Shown one piece after another: positions 50,626-62,179 of a stretch of 64,000 bases of DNA. Source of the stretch: Cetorhinus maximus (Eukaryota). Positions within the stretch are counted from its first letter, which is position 1; each line of letters starts with the position of its first letter. Where the stretch lies: NCBI RefSeq assembly GCF_964194155.1, contig NC_135880.1, positions 172,980,001 to 173,044,000 of the forward strand, given 5' to 3'. The notes below the pieces were generated by a model that was not told the origin of the DNA, searched no databases, and saw only the letters and a list, made by a program, of their open reading frames with translations. A program made the position numbers and the translations under genes.

Positions 50626-52044
50626 TGAGGCCGTAACTTAGGTGCTCACAATGCTGCAAATATGTTCTTCCCTGGCAGCCTTCAAGGAGCTGCCTGTGAC
50701 ATTTATAAACCGGCTGCTGGGTCGCCATTAGACCTGGTGGCCGACAGTCCCCACCGCCCGCCCTTTCCCGACCATTGGGAGGACGCGTTTCATGCTGGGC
50801 GGGCCTTAATTGGTCATCCAGCATGGAATCGGGGTTGGGGGCCAATCGTGGGCAGCGGCCTGTTTCTCGGCCGGTCACGGGCCCGCCGACCATGGTCGCC
50901 TGCCAGGGGTAAATTTCAGGCCATATAGATGTGTAGGTTCAGAAGGTCACAGACAAAGGGTTTTGAATATTGCAGTAGCTGCTGCAGTCCCATCACCATA
51001 GCCTACGAGGAAACCACTAATAAGTCGTCTTCTGAGCACAAATTGACTGCGACAGGAATGAACACTGTTCTGTTTTGTTTCAGCTCTTTTGGCAGTTCCT
51101 TTAATTTAATCACTAGTCACAAGCAGTTTTGCTAATATTGATGTACAGGCAGAATCTTGATGCCAGCTCGACTTAATGCGAACATTGCAAAGCCTCCAGG
51201 CTTGCCTTGGAGTCGCGAGCAATTGACAGTGGATCCCCGTGGCTCTGCCACAAGCAACGCTGAAGCAAAATTGTTGGTCTATTAAGAAAAATGGTGCTTT
51301 TTAAAGAAATTTTTTTGCGAACGCTTTCACTTGTTGCTCATTCAAAAATAACACTTTGGAGATGGGAAGAAGGCTGACTGAAGTTGCCCCGTCCTCCCAC
51401 GCAGAAACGGAGCATTTGTTTGCTTGTCAGGTGATTTGGAAAGGTGGTGAGCTGCGAGGATTGTTGGATCAATGGCGGGATTGAACCTCCAGCAATATGA
51501 CCAATTTGAATTAGCAACCCTAGTTGTCTGCAAAACTTGAAGGAGCAGTCAAATTGCTTTCAAACAAAGACTGAATGATTTGTTTAGCCATACCTGAGAC
51601 AGCTGGATATCTTCAATGCAGCTGAAGGTTAACCACAGTCTAAGGTCAGTCTGAAACTTCTAAAAGAAAGTTGTCTGCCATTCTCTGCCCACTGAAATCA
51701 ATCAGACTACTCCTTCGAGCATTCTCTGCCCACTGAAATCAATCAGAAAGCCATACCACCTTTCCATTGTAACGTGTTTAACTCAAAGACAAGGGGACCA
51801 ATATTTATCTGACCATTTTGTGCCTGAAGACCAAGAGGTCATTAGTTGAAAATCGAGAGGGGGGTGTTGCACGGGGGTAGGGGCATCTCAGACAGCCAGG
51901 AATTGTCCTGGAGCCTCCACAAATTGACGATTAATATTCAGCTCACTGTGCTGAGCAACATCCAAGAAACAGATCAGCGTCATAAAAAAAAAATATTTTT
52001 TCTTTCATTTTGTTTGACCACTTTCATTTGCATTTATAGCAAGA

Positions 52045-53105
52045 TCATAAGAACATGAGAAATTGGAGCAGGAGTAGGCCATTCAGCCCATCGAGCCCAG
52101 TCTTTTTCAGTAGGATCATGGCTCAACTGATTGTGGACCTAACTCTGATTTATTGCCTGACCACCACCCCGCTCCCCCCTGACCCCCCATAACCCTTGAC
52201 TCCCTCACCAATCAAAAATCTGGCTAACTCAACATTGTGTTATGACTGTACAGTTGGTACAGCTGAGTTATTTTTTTTTTAAATCCCAGAGGAAAACTTT
52301 AAACAACTGTCATAACCTATAAATTTAAGTGTTATGTTTGAGGTACAACTCTAAATTCAGGAATCGTACCACCAGTTCTCGAGAGGGTTTATATTAAGCT
52401 AAATGAGACATTTTATTAATTTACACAAGTTAAATATATACACATGGCTACAAGTTACTATGATCATAACTTTTAACAAATTCCCAAACTAACCCCCATT
52501 AAGGCAACAGCAACACATCAACTTAACCAGACACCAGGCAAAGTATTTTCACCTTACAAATTCAAAATGAGGTTATTTTCACTTTGGTTCCTGTGGAGAC
52601 AGTTGGAGGCTTACAGCTGCCTTTTGATCTCACATTGTCTCTGCTCTACACACATAAAACTGCTGAAGTTATACCTAGCACAGCTCATTGAATGTAAATT
52701 CTCATTGTATCACCAGCCTCTTTGAACTCTACTTTTTAACAATAAAACCCCTTTCATAGTACCAATTTTATTAGTAATATAAACATATTGCTTGGTGTCT
52801 GCTAGATAGGTGGTAGTTTTCACCCTACTACTTGAATGCTCTATTCAAAAAATGTAAATGCACTTGGCCTCTCTGTTTATATCTCGAAACTAGTAAATAT
52901 TAAAGCACCCAGACTAGCTGGCTTTAATCCAATTAAGGCTAAACCTCTATTTTAAAAGAAAAATATTTTCCAATAATTTTATATACATTAATACCTTCAT
53001 GACAATTGAATATATTCAATGGCCCAGTCCCCACTGCTCTCTGTAGAAGAGAATTCCAAAGACTAACAACCCTTTGAGAAAAGAAATTCCTTCTCATCTC
53101 CATAT
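52045..53105 (-). mobile_element. CR1/HER1-like LINE 3' end interrupted by a solo LTR
   Basis: cataagaacatgagaaattggagcaggagtaggccattcagccc; it resumes at 53005 with ttgaatatattcaatg..gaattccaaagact. Confidence 0.82.
52238..53004 (-). mobile_element. Solo LTR, family A, copy 3
   Basis: TGTTATGAC...CATGACA with 4-bp TSD ATTG (52234-52237, 53005-53008). Confidence 0.9.
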
Positions 53106-53179
53106 TCCCTTAATTAAGGAATTTCCTTAATTAAGGTAATATTGAGAAAAAAAGACAGTTTGACACATTCAGGAATCAT

Positions 53180-53420
53180 CAAGCCATTCATTGTTTTATC
53201 CCTGCCTTTTAGCCCATTCGATCTTTTCTTCCCCCACACCGTCCCTCCCCCCTCCCCACCCCCACTAGGGCCATCTGTCACTTGCTCATCCTGCTTTCTA
53301 CTCTTAATGTCATCACTAGCACCTCCTTTAGCCAGTATCACCACCATCAATACCCCTTCGACCTTTTTGTTTGTGACATCTTTTGCAACCTCTCCTTTGC
53401 CTCCACCTATCACTGGCCGA
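53180..53420 (+). mobile_element. Penelope pseudo-LTR fragment
   Basis: Homologous to 16330-16530 (ccccactagggc.atctgt, ctccacctatcactggcc). Confidence 0.8.
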
Positions 53421-54534
53421 CTGGCAAGACCTGGGCGGTTACGCGCTAACGTATTTGCAAACAGCAAATAATCCACTAATGACAGTGTACAGAGTAGCTG
53501 CTGCCAAATAAACAAGTTGAACCAACCCTAAACTGCTCAAGCGTGTGTTCCGATCCAGCTTGACTCCATTAAACAGATGATTTCGGGACTGGTTCAGTGC
53601 TTATTCATTTCTAAGATGTAGTTGAAGTTAACTTGCAACTGTTTTAGCTGCCTGATTTCCAAAGTCAATCCGGAAATAAATGAGGGGCAGCTTTGATGGC
53701 TTGCATCAGCGCTAAAAAAATCTTGTCATTATCTATTTCTCGCATCTGAGCAGTCCCGTCTGTTATCTTCACAGTCAGTAGATGAAGGGTTTTGATTGAG
53801 TAAATAAGCAGGGTTGGTAACCAGCAGGCACAGATTTCAGGTAATTGGCAAAAGAACCAGGGGTGGGGAGTAACATATGGAGAATTTTCTTTTCATGCAA
53901 CATGCTGTTATGATCTGGAATGCACTGCCTCAAGGGATGGTGGAAGCAGATTGAATAGTGGCTTTTGAGAGGTAATTGAATGTGCACTTGAATAGGAAGC
54001 AACTGCAGAGCAAAGAGGTGGTGATGGTGGAAAGTGAGGTATGCAACATCACTTTGTTACCGCTTCATTTAAATACAGTGACATATCTTACGGCCAGTGT
54101 TTTCACTGTGTGCTGGACTTGGAAACAGCAAACGAATTGGTGCAAAAACACAAGGAGACTCAGAATAATGGATTCCAATCCCTGTCTGCTGCCAGGCTCA
54201 GTGCCTTTGGATTAATGTAATGCAGAAAGGACAAAACCTGCCCCCCATGCAAACCTCAGGGCAGCATTGAGCTGGACAGCTACTGCAACAGTGGGTGGCA
54301 TTTAATAGAAGGAGCCTTGCCTGCCGGCTAAAGAGCCGGCAAGAGCCTTGCATTGCCTCTTTTCAGATGTACTCTTTTCAGTACTACTCAGGCACTTGAC
54401 AGGACAGCGGCATCAAGGACCCCAGGAGCAGAAGTCCTGCCTGGCAGGAGGCTGGCAGCTCTATTGAATGGCAGCGCCACCGGGGAGGCCGTGGCTGTAG
54501 TGTAATGGGCTAATAGAATAGTTCTGGCAATGAG

Positions 54535-56570
54535 TGATGTAGAGAATGATGCAACAGTGACATCAATAATCACGTGCTAGTCACTTGGGAGAAAGGATGG
54601 AACATTCTGTGCTCATGTGTAGCTTAAGTTTTATATATATATATAGTGTTAATAAACCAGTATGAAGTAACTATCTGAGTCAGCCCACAGTCCCTCTAAC
54701 ATAAGGTACACCATACGGCCAGTGTACAAAATTTGGTAGCAGCAGTGGTGAACCCAAGGATTGGTGCCATCCATGGGATCACAGCAAGAAAGTGCAAGGA
54801 AACGCGGTAGCAGTATGAATCTACAAACCTACCGGAGAAGGAGGCAACCTGGAAAGCGGTAACAATGCCAATACCTGGTGAGCAGTCACTGCCCCTACCC
54901 CGCCTGTCTGAACGTCACAAGGACCTGCAGAGACGCCAAAAGTGGGAGTTATGGAAGAAACACTTCCTCCCATATCCAGCAGCATTGGGCCTTCATGCTA
55001 AAAAGCACCAGGTTAGTTCCTTCCTTTACGTCATAGAGCCAGTAGCTGATGATGTCCTCTTAAGAAAGGGAGTGGTAGAGACTTCCACAGACTTCAACAC
55101 TGTCCTCAAAGCCTTCAAAATGTATTTTAGCCTGAAACAAAACCTCATGATAGAGCAAGTGCGTCGTGACGCCAAGGCTCTAGATGATTATGTTAACTGG
55201 GTAGGCCCAAGGGTGGCAGCACCACCCACTCAAAAGTCCACCAAAATGGGTGAAAGAGCAGGAAACCCCACAGCAGGCATTTTGAGAAGCTTGTGCTGTG
55301 GTGCAAAGAAACAACATAGACGCCAGCAGCGGGCACAGAGTGCTTCCAGTGCAAGCATTTTGAACGTTTCTGTAAGTCCAACGACTTTAATTGAGGAAGA
55401 AGAAGACAAGAGAATAATTATGAAATGCACTCCATTGAATAAATTGGAAATCAAGACAGGGTCAAAGGGATAGGATTCTCCCCCTGTCGGGCAGGCATGG
55501 CAGGCGGGCCCGGGAGCTGCCGCAAAACGGCCCGCTGCCTGCGATCGGCCTCCGATCACGATTTCACACTGGCTGGCCAATTCACAGCCAGCCAGCACAA
55601 AACGCGCGTTAATAACCTCAGCGCTGCCGAGGGTGGAGGTGGGAGGAGTGCAGGTGCTGAAGTGTGTGTGTGCGTGGTGGGGTGTGCTCAGTGAATGCTC
55701 CCTGAAGGCACAGAGCTGCCTCAGGGAGCTGAAGGTTTTTAACATGAAGAACAATGATTTCAAAAATAAGGAAAACATCTCCCCGCACGTGACTCTGTCA
55801 CATGAACAGGGACATGTGAAAAATGGGTTATAAATTTTTTTATTGTTTTCTGAGTCGCTGTTGGAAACCTCATTCCTCCCATGGATGAGGTTTCGCAAAA
55901 AATGCAAAGGCTGCCTGGCCTATTCGCCCGCCTGCCAACCGTAAGGTTGGACAGGCAGCGGAAAATTCAATTTAATTAATTGATTAAGGGCCTTAACAGG
56001 CCTCTTCGTTGTCGACGGGCACACTGCCGACTCTCGCACGTGCCCGGCAACCGAAATATCACATGAGTGCGCGATGGCATTGGAACGCTCACCCGATGTC
56101 ACCGCGCGCTATTTCACACTCGTGCATGGTGGGTGTGTGCCCGCACGCTGAGCTGAAAATCCTGCCCAAAATTACAGAGTTTCTAGGGGAAATGAATGGT
56201 CTTAATCAAGTCTACTGGTCAGTTACAGTACAAAGGCTTTGATACCAACTTTAAAATTGAAACTGGAGCTGGTGTTAACATACTCGCAGATAACCTAGAC
56301 TAGCTTCAGCCAATACCTCTTCATTGATCAGACATTAAATTGCAAGGTCCAGATGGCACAAACCTTCTAATAAAAGGCAGGCTAATTGCTCTTCTTCATT
56401 ACAAAAGGAAACAGATTGTTGATTCTCTCTATGTTGTTCACAATAAACGCGCATCCTTATTGTGTGGAGATCCTGTCGTACTACTGGGAATTCTGGAAAA
56501 CACAGATGATGCCCTGCATTTAGACAATCCGATGCCTTTCATGGAAGAAGTTTTATGTAGAATCAGTTAA
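54535..56570 (+). mobile_element. Decayed Gypsy element: LTR (~54535-54731), PBS (54734), gag and protease remnants
   Basis: AATAAA in the LTR; PBS-like TGGTAGCAGCAGTGG; gag WELWKKHF..LGL..QVSSFLY..ADDV..F..YF..N; protease NFKIETGAGVNIL (DTG mutated) at ~56250. Confidence 0.78.
55468..56167. mobile_element. Harbinger-derived MITE inserted in the Gypsy gag-pro region
   Basis: Termini ggataggattctc / gaaaatcctgccc. Similar to 30353-30997. Confidence 0.9.
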
Positions 56571-58195
56571 GCCTACAGCAACTGAGGAGGTTTATTCATT
56601 GAGCAATGGTTTCCTTTCTGTCATAGAGACACCATCCACTCGACCCCGGGCTGATACTGAGGTTATGAATCTCTAAGTTCTTTGTGAAGCTTACCCAGAT
56701 GATGCAGATACAGAGGGCGCTGCAGGAAACAATGGCCATCCACAAAAAGACCTCTTGGACTTGAGGTGCCTCTTTCCTGAAGAAGGTAATGATGAAGAGG
56801 CCATTGCGACACTGAGTGGTCTGCTGGACGATGAGGTCTTAGAGGTTGGTTCGCTATTCCAATCGGTAGCCGCACCATATGAAGTCGCTGTTGTTTTTCT
56901 TGAGGAGTCGCTCTGTTTACTGCGGCACAGCAGCATTCAGATCATCATCCCGCTGAACCCACAAAGGCAAGGCCTTGTATGTCATTGTTAACCATGTAGA
57001 GTCTTCCAGGGAGGACAACCTGCTTGCTCCTATGCTTGAGTCCATAGAGGATCTCATGCCAGAGAGTTGTAAGCGTCTGTACCATGGGTGAAAATAAATT
57101 GATGCCCACACTCAACCCCCACCTGAAAATCTTCTTCCCACTAGAGCTGTCCTTTAGAAGAGAAGCCAGGGCTGAATCTTCCGAATTTCTACCGCTTCTG
57201 AATCCAGTACAGGAAATTCGTCCATAGGAAACTCTTCATCATATTGTCTTATGAAACAGTGGCTGCTGCTGGAATGACGCCTACCTGAGGCCTAGGATCA
57301 CGGATGGATCCAGGTCACAGGTGAGTGAAGGCAGGAGGAGAGCTTGCTGGTGGAGGAGGGGGAGTATGGGGATCAGCAGCAAGGGCAGGGGGTCGGCCCT
57401 CAGTGCCCCCCACCACCTTCCCAACGCTGGGTTCCTCGATCAGAAACTGAGAGTCTTTGAATGAAGAACAGTCTCTCTTGAGCCAACAAGCAAGCAACAC
57501 AGATTTGATAGTCATGCTCCCTGCATGGTGAGTCCCCCGACCTGCTGTTGTATTAATACCAATGGTGGCAGGATGAGGCCATTAAGTCAGCATTAATTGC
57601 CCACTTAAGGGCCTCAATTGGAGGTGTTGTTGGAAGGCCGTCCATGGTTTTTCCTGCCTCGAACTTAATTGGGATCCCCACCTTACACGTTCCTGCCCAA
57701 TTAAATGCCCTCACCACTACCAAACACCAACGTTGCCAACCTGTGGGCATCGTCAGTTTATGGCCACTGGGAAGGGGGTAGAGGCAGCCAATCCCATCTC
57801 CATCACTGTTGCATTTAAAGTGGGAAACTATGCTACACCAGAGACCATACTTCAAAAGTATTTCATTGGCTAAAAAGTACAAGCTGAAACTGTGAAAAGA
57901 GCTGCAAAAATGCAAGTTTGTTTTTCCTTATTCAGTCTGGGCAGGATTCAGCCTGAAATCTAGAAGTATAAAGAAAGTGTGCTTTAATGATTAATAGATT
58001 TGACAGACTGACTCAGACCGACAAATTGACTGTCATATGGTTGGCACTGCAGAGTCTGAGCTGCTTGGTTAGGTTTAAGGTTGACAGATTATTCCGTGAG
58101 TATATAATCTCATATAAAACTAGTCAATCACAGACATCTGATCAAATTATGATCGCTACACTTTTCCAATCTATTACCTAACTCAGAGAACCAAT

Positions 58196-58832
58196 GGGCA
58201 GAATTTTCCGGTAGGCATGCGGGGATGGGCCCGACATGCCGACGCATAAAATGACGTCGGGCGTGCGTCCCGACATCATCGCGCACCATCGCGATATTCC
58301 GTTCGGCAGGTGCGCGCCGGAGTCGACTGCACACCCGCCGAAATGTAAATGGCTTATTTAGGCCATTAAGAAATTAATTGAACCACTTGTGAACGTTGCC
58401 TGTCCAACCTTAAGCCTTACGTTTTTTCAGGAAACCTCATCCACGAGCGGCATGAGGTTTCCTGAAGCTTTTATCAAATAAATAAATACATTTTCAGAAA
58501 TATAAAAACACGTCCCCACTCTTCTGACACAGTCACATGAGGGGACATGTTTAACTAAATTTTTAAATCATTTCTTTAATAATTTTAATACCTATTCAAT
58601 CTTCCTTAGGCAGCTCTGTGCCTCAGGGAGTTTGTTGCGCTCTTTCGCGCACGTGCACGAAAGAGCATTGGTCCTGACTTTCCCTCCTCCCCCCCACCTG
58701 CACAGGTAGCGCTACCAGCCGTATGTTATGCTGGGCGGGCCCCTATTGGCCCACCTGTGTAAAATGGCGGCACGGAGCCGATCGCGGGCGGCTCCGAACC
58801 CGCTCCTGCCCGCCATAGGAAAAATCCTGCCC
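58196..58832. mobile_element. Harbinger-derived MITE with 3-bp TSD AAT
   Basis: TIRs GGGCAGAATTTT / AAAATCCTGCCC with AAT at 58193-58195 and 58833-58835. Internal hairpin aaacctcat..atgaggttt. Confidence 0.92.
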
Positions 58833-59129
58833 AATGAAATTATTGATTATGGTGCAAACTTAAAATTAATAGGTTGGCAATTTTCGGCACTGCCTTCAGG
58901 TGCTAAACATCACCTGAATTGGCCAAGGTTAGCTCTTGAGCTGAAATGCTGGTTTAGCCCACATTTAGCAAAAGACACCATTTTGGTAAATGGGTTGAAG
59001 CCTGCGGTAGGAATAGCCACCTGGAGACCTGTTAAACAGCTGGTTGTCATTTAAAGTGTCTGCTGGTGCTCATCAAGGCAGTTGGTGGCATTTTGATGGC
59101 TAGTGTTTGTCCTAATGCCCTCTACTAAC

Positions 59130-60060
59130 AGCTCTTCAATGCAAGCGACAACTTCGGACTTATGATCAGCACAAAGAAAACTGAAATAATGTACCAGCCT
59201 GCTCCAGGAGAACCCTATCTCGAGCCCAGGGCCTCACTCCATGACCAGAACCTGTTAGCGGTGGATGAGTTCAATTATCTCGGCAGCACACTCTCTCAAG
59301 GTGTCTATATTGACGATGAGGCACATGCAGGAATTGCCAAAGCAAGCGTAATAGCATTTGTCCGACTTAAACGATCAGTCTGGGAATGAGAAGGAATAAG
59401 TCTGGCTCCTAAACCTAAAGTCTAGAGAGCAATAGTCCTGCCCACTCTGCTCCTACGCATCACAGACTTGGGTTGCATACCAGCGTCATGCCTAAAAGTT
59501 CAACCATTTTCACTTGATCTGCCTTCAGAAGCTCTGAAGATCAGCTCGCAGTACAAAATATCAAACACTGAGGTGCTCACCCGATCTGGTATGCCCAAGC
59601 ACACCATGTTGAGACAATCACAACTGAGTTGGGCTGTTCGTGTAGCCAGACTGCCCGACGCTCGCTTACCAAAGCAAGTCTTCTATGGAGAACTTGAGTC
59701 TGGGCTGCGCTCCCATGGCAGTCAAAGACACTTTGAAGGCTTCACTTAGGAGTTTTGATATCCAGTTCGGGTGCTGGGAGAAGCTCGCCCAGGATTGCTG
59801 CATCTGGCGCAACCCAATAACAAATAATGCGGCCTGCCTCCTTTGAAAGCAAACGCATATCAGAGGCAGAGAGAAAATGCAAGCAGAGGAAATACCGAGC
59901 CAGCAAGTCGTCCAAGAACTCAACCATCTGCAGCATCCTGTCCTATTTACAGCAGAAGCTTCTGGATGCAGATCGACAGTCACCTACCCACCCACCTGAA
60001 CACCAGGACCCTACCAAACACCCCAGATGATGAGCATCTTCACCCCGACGTACAAACAAG
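59130..60060 (+). mobile_element. RTE (BovB/RTE-1-like) LINE 3' portion
   Basis: FGLMISTKKTEIMYQPAPG..FNYLGSTLS..IAKAS..F and QLSWA..VARLPDARLPKQVFYGEL. Confidence 0.88.
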
Positions 60061-60329
60061 ATTATGCCGTCTCCAAACAGCAGCCAGCTTTTAGAGAATA
60101 AATACGGCGTTAATGTTGATTTTAAAAGTTACTTAATGGAATATTCACAATTTCATGTTCACTTGCTGCTGGAGCTGTGAAGAGGATCTCTGGAGCACAT
60201 CGGGTGACTTTTTGGGACATTGATAGACTTCACCAACACTTCAGCACATTTATTCCTCAAATTCTCTAAGGACTTCACTTAAAAGAGAGAGAGTGCTGTG
60301 TACTATATCTAATCGGACACCTTCTAGGA

Positions 60330-60560
60330 GTCACCAGGAGAAAGGGAGTTCTTGATCATGAGCATCTTGCTAGGGGCCTCCCTTGGTCTGGATGAGAAGG
60401 GAGAAGGATGTGAGGCCAGGCAGAATACCTGCTGCTGCAGGACAGAAGGACAGGAGGGTGAGGAGGGCGAAGCAGTGTCCTTTCACTCCTGCAGGTACAG
60501 GACATCCCTCCTCCTCTGGACCTCCTCCACCAGGACCTCCAGTGCCATGCATCTGAGAGT
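60330..60560 (-). pseudogene. Harbinger Myb/SANT-like exon fragment
   Basis: RLSDA/ALEVLVEEVQRRRDVLY, homologous to the Myb exon 1 of H1 and H2. Confidence 0.65.
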
Positions 60561-61559
60561 CTGTACACTCCCTCCCTCAGTCCCTGAGCCATCATGTGGA
60601 TGTGTCACTGTGTGCCAACCAGTGGAAGTAGGTGTGAGGATCCTTCATATACTGCTACCCAGAAATAGTGTTCAATCAGTATTTGAGTGCTATACTTGCA
60701 AATGTTTGGTTTAGTTCCTCCAGGCAAGTTCAGATTACGGAAATCAGCAATCAGGACCAGAATTTTGTACTAATTCTGGACTTCCAGAGAGGCATTTCTT
60801 ATTAATATTGCACTTATTTAGCAACTGTTTTCACCCTTTGATCAGAACAAGCCCCTAGTTTTGATCAACTTATCACAGAATTGCACCACCCACCCCAACC
60901 CCTTTCTCATGCTGTAGATCTGTTTGAGTCCCAAGAATTATTGTAGAATAATGAACAGTACTCTTAATGCTTTATGCCTCAGTATTAAATTTTGTTTGCT
61001 AACACTCCTGTGGAGTGGCTTGGGATGTTTTTACTATGGTGAAGGTGCGAAAGCAATGAAAGTTGTTTGTACTTTCTTCTGTCATTACTGGGCAAAACCC
61101 TCCTCCCGTGTGTCAACATTTTACCTGTTGCCTCTCACTGCAATGTTATACCGGCCATTGTTCATGGTGGGAAAATGATGCTCATGCAAAATGGTGGGGA
61201 CTGGATTCTAAAACCATTTTAAAAGACGGACTTCATTCATCTTTACAAAAAGCCGACTTTTTCCGCATCTTTGATGGGCAAATGATAAAAGGCCATAGGT
61301 CTGGAATCTTATGGAGGACATCAGCTCCAGGATTTGACAGCTACTTTAATAGCTATGGGCTTCAGGACCACTATCCATAAAAAAACGTTTCATTCCTAAA
61401 GGTCCTTTGCCTAACAAAACGCGTGAATTGCTTGTTATTTTAATGGCATCAACTCTCTGGGGTGCCAGTTGGCCAACCATGTTATTTTATTATTTCTCCT
61501 CTCACCTAGATCCTGCCCACATAATCAAGAAAACTGTCTCCCAAACACTCATTTAAGAG

Positions 61560-61920
61560 GCTTACCATCAGCCACAGGGCCCTGATGGCATGACAGCCAA
61601 TCACAGTGATGCTGATTGCGTTGTCATTCTGTCATGTCCCCGAGACTGCTTGTCAATGTGAAGCTATTCAACGCCATCAAAGATGGTGGCAGAAAATCCA
61701 TCCCAGAGCTGCTGTGTTTATTCTTTCACAATGAGGAATTTTGTTTCGGACAGTTTCAGGAAGTCTGATTTTCCATGCTGTCCGTTATTTTTTTTCCACG
61801 TTGTTTGTAAGAAATTTCTCGTGCCTGCTCTCTGCTCAGTGAAGGCTTGCAAGCTTGGGAACTTGGCGGGGCGGTGTGGGGGAGGGGTGTGCGGGGTGAC
61901 AGAGGCGCAAGGAAGGTAAG
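61560..61920 (+). promoter_or_regulatory. Candidate promoter or first exon
   Basis: TGACAG and CCAAT at 61591-61601, YY1-like AAGATGGTGGC at 61680, GC box at 61865-61874 and a strong donor AAG|GTAAG at 61915/61916. No TE recognised here. Confidence 0.35.
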
Positions 61921-62179
61921 CTGAATCCATGTGGGCATGAGCAAGTTCCAAGGTGATACCTTGTGAAGGAGTTATGGAACTCAGTCCTGTGGGAGACTTG
62001 GTGAGCTGACTTGCATTATCACAGATGATTGACCAGTCAATATAACCACTCAAAGCAGCTTGAAGCATTAAATCTATCACAGTTGAGCTGGGATTCTTCT
62101 CATTTGCCTTCATAATAATTTTGCAAGCTAATGCTCTAATCAGAAGGCTTATTGTGGGCTGTATAAATAGTGAGGGAGA

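Larger units (their letters stand above)
46336..50922 (+). mobile_element. PIF/Harbinger DNA transposon (element H2), two-gene architecture
   Basis: Termini gggcagaatttta / taaatttcaggcc. Transposase on +, Myb-like gene on -. Both arms match the local MITE family. TSD imperfect (aaa/ata). Confidence 0.88.

Noticed and set aside
54865-55907. 202-aa and 225-aa ORFs as host genes
   Set aside because: The 202-aa ORF is an internally deleted Gypsy gag. The 225-aa ORF reads through a MITE into antisense gag.
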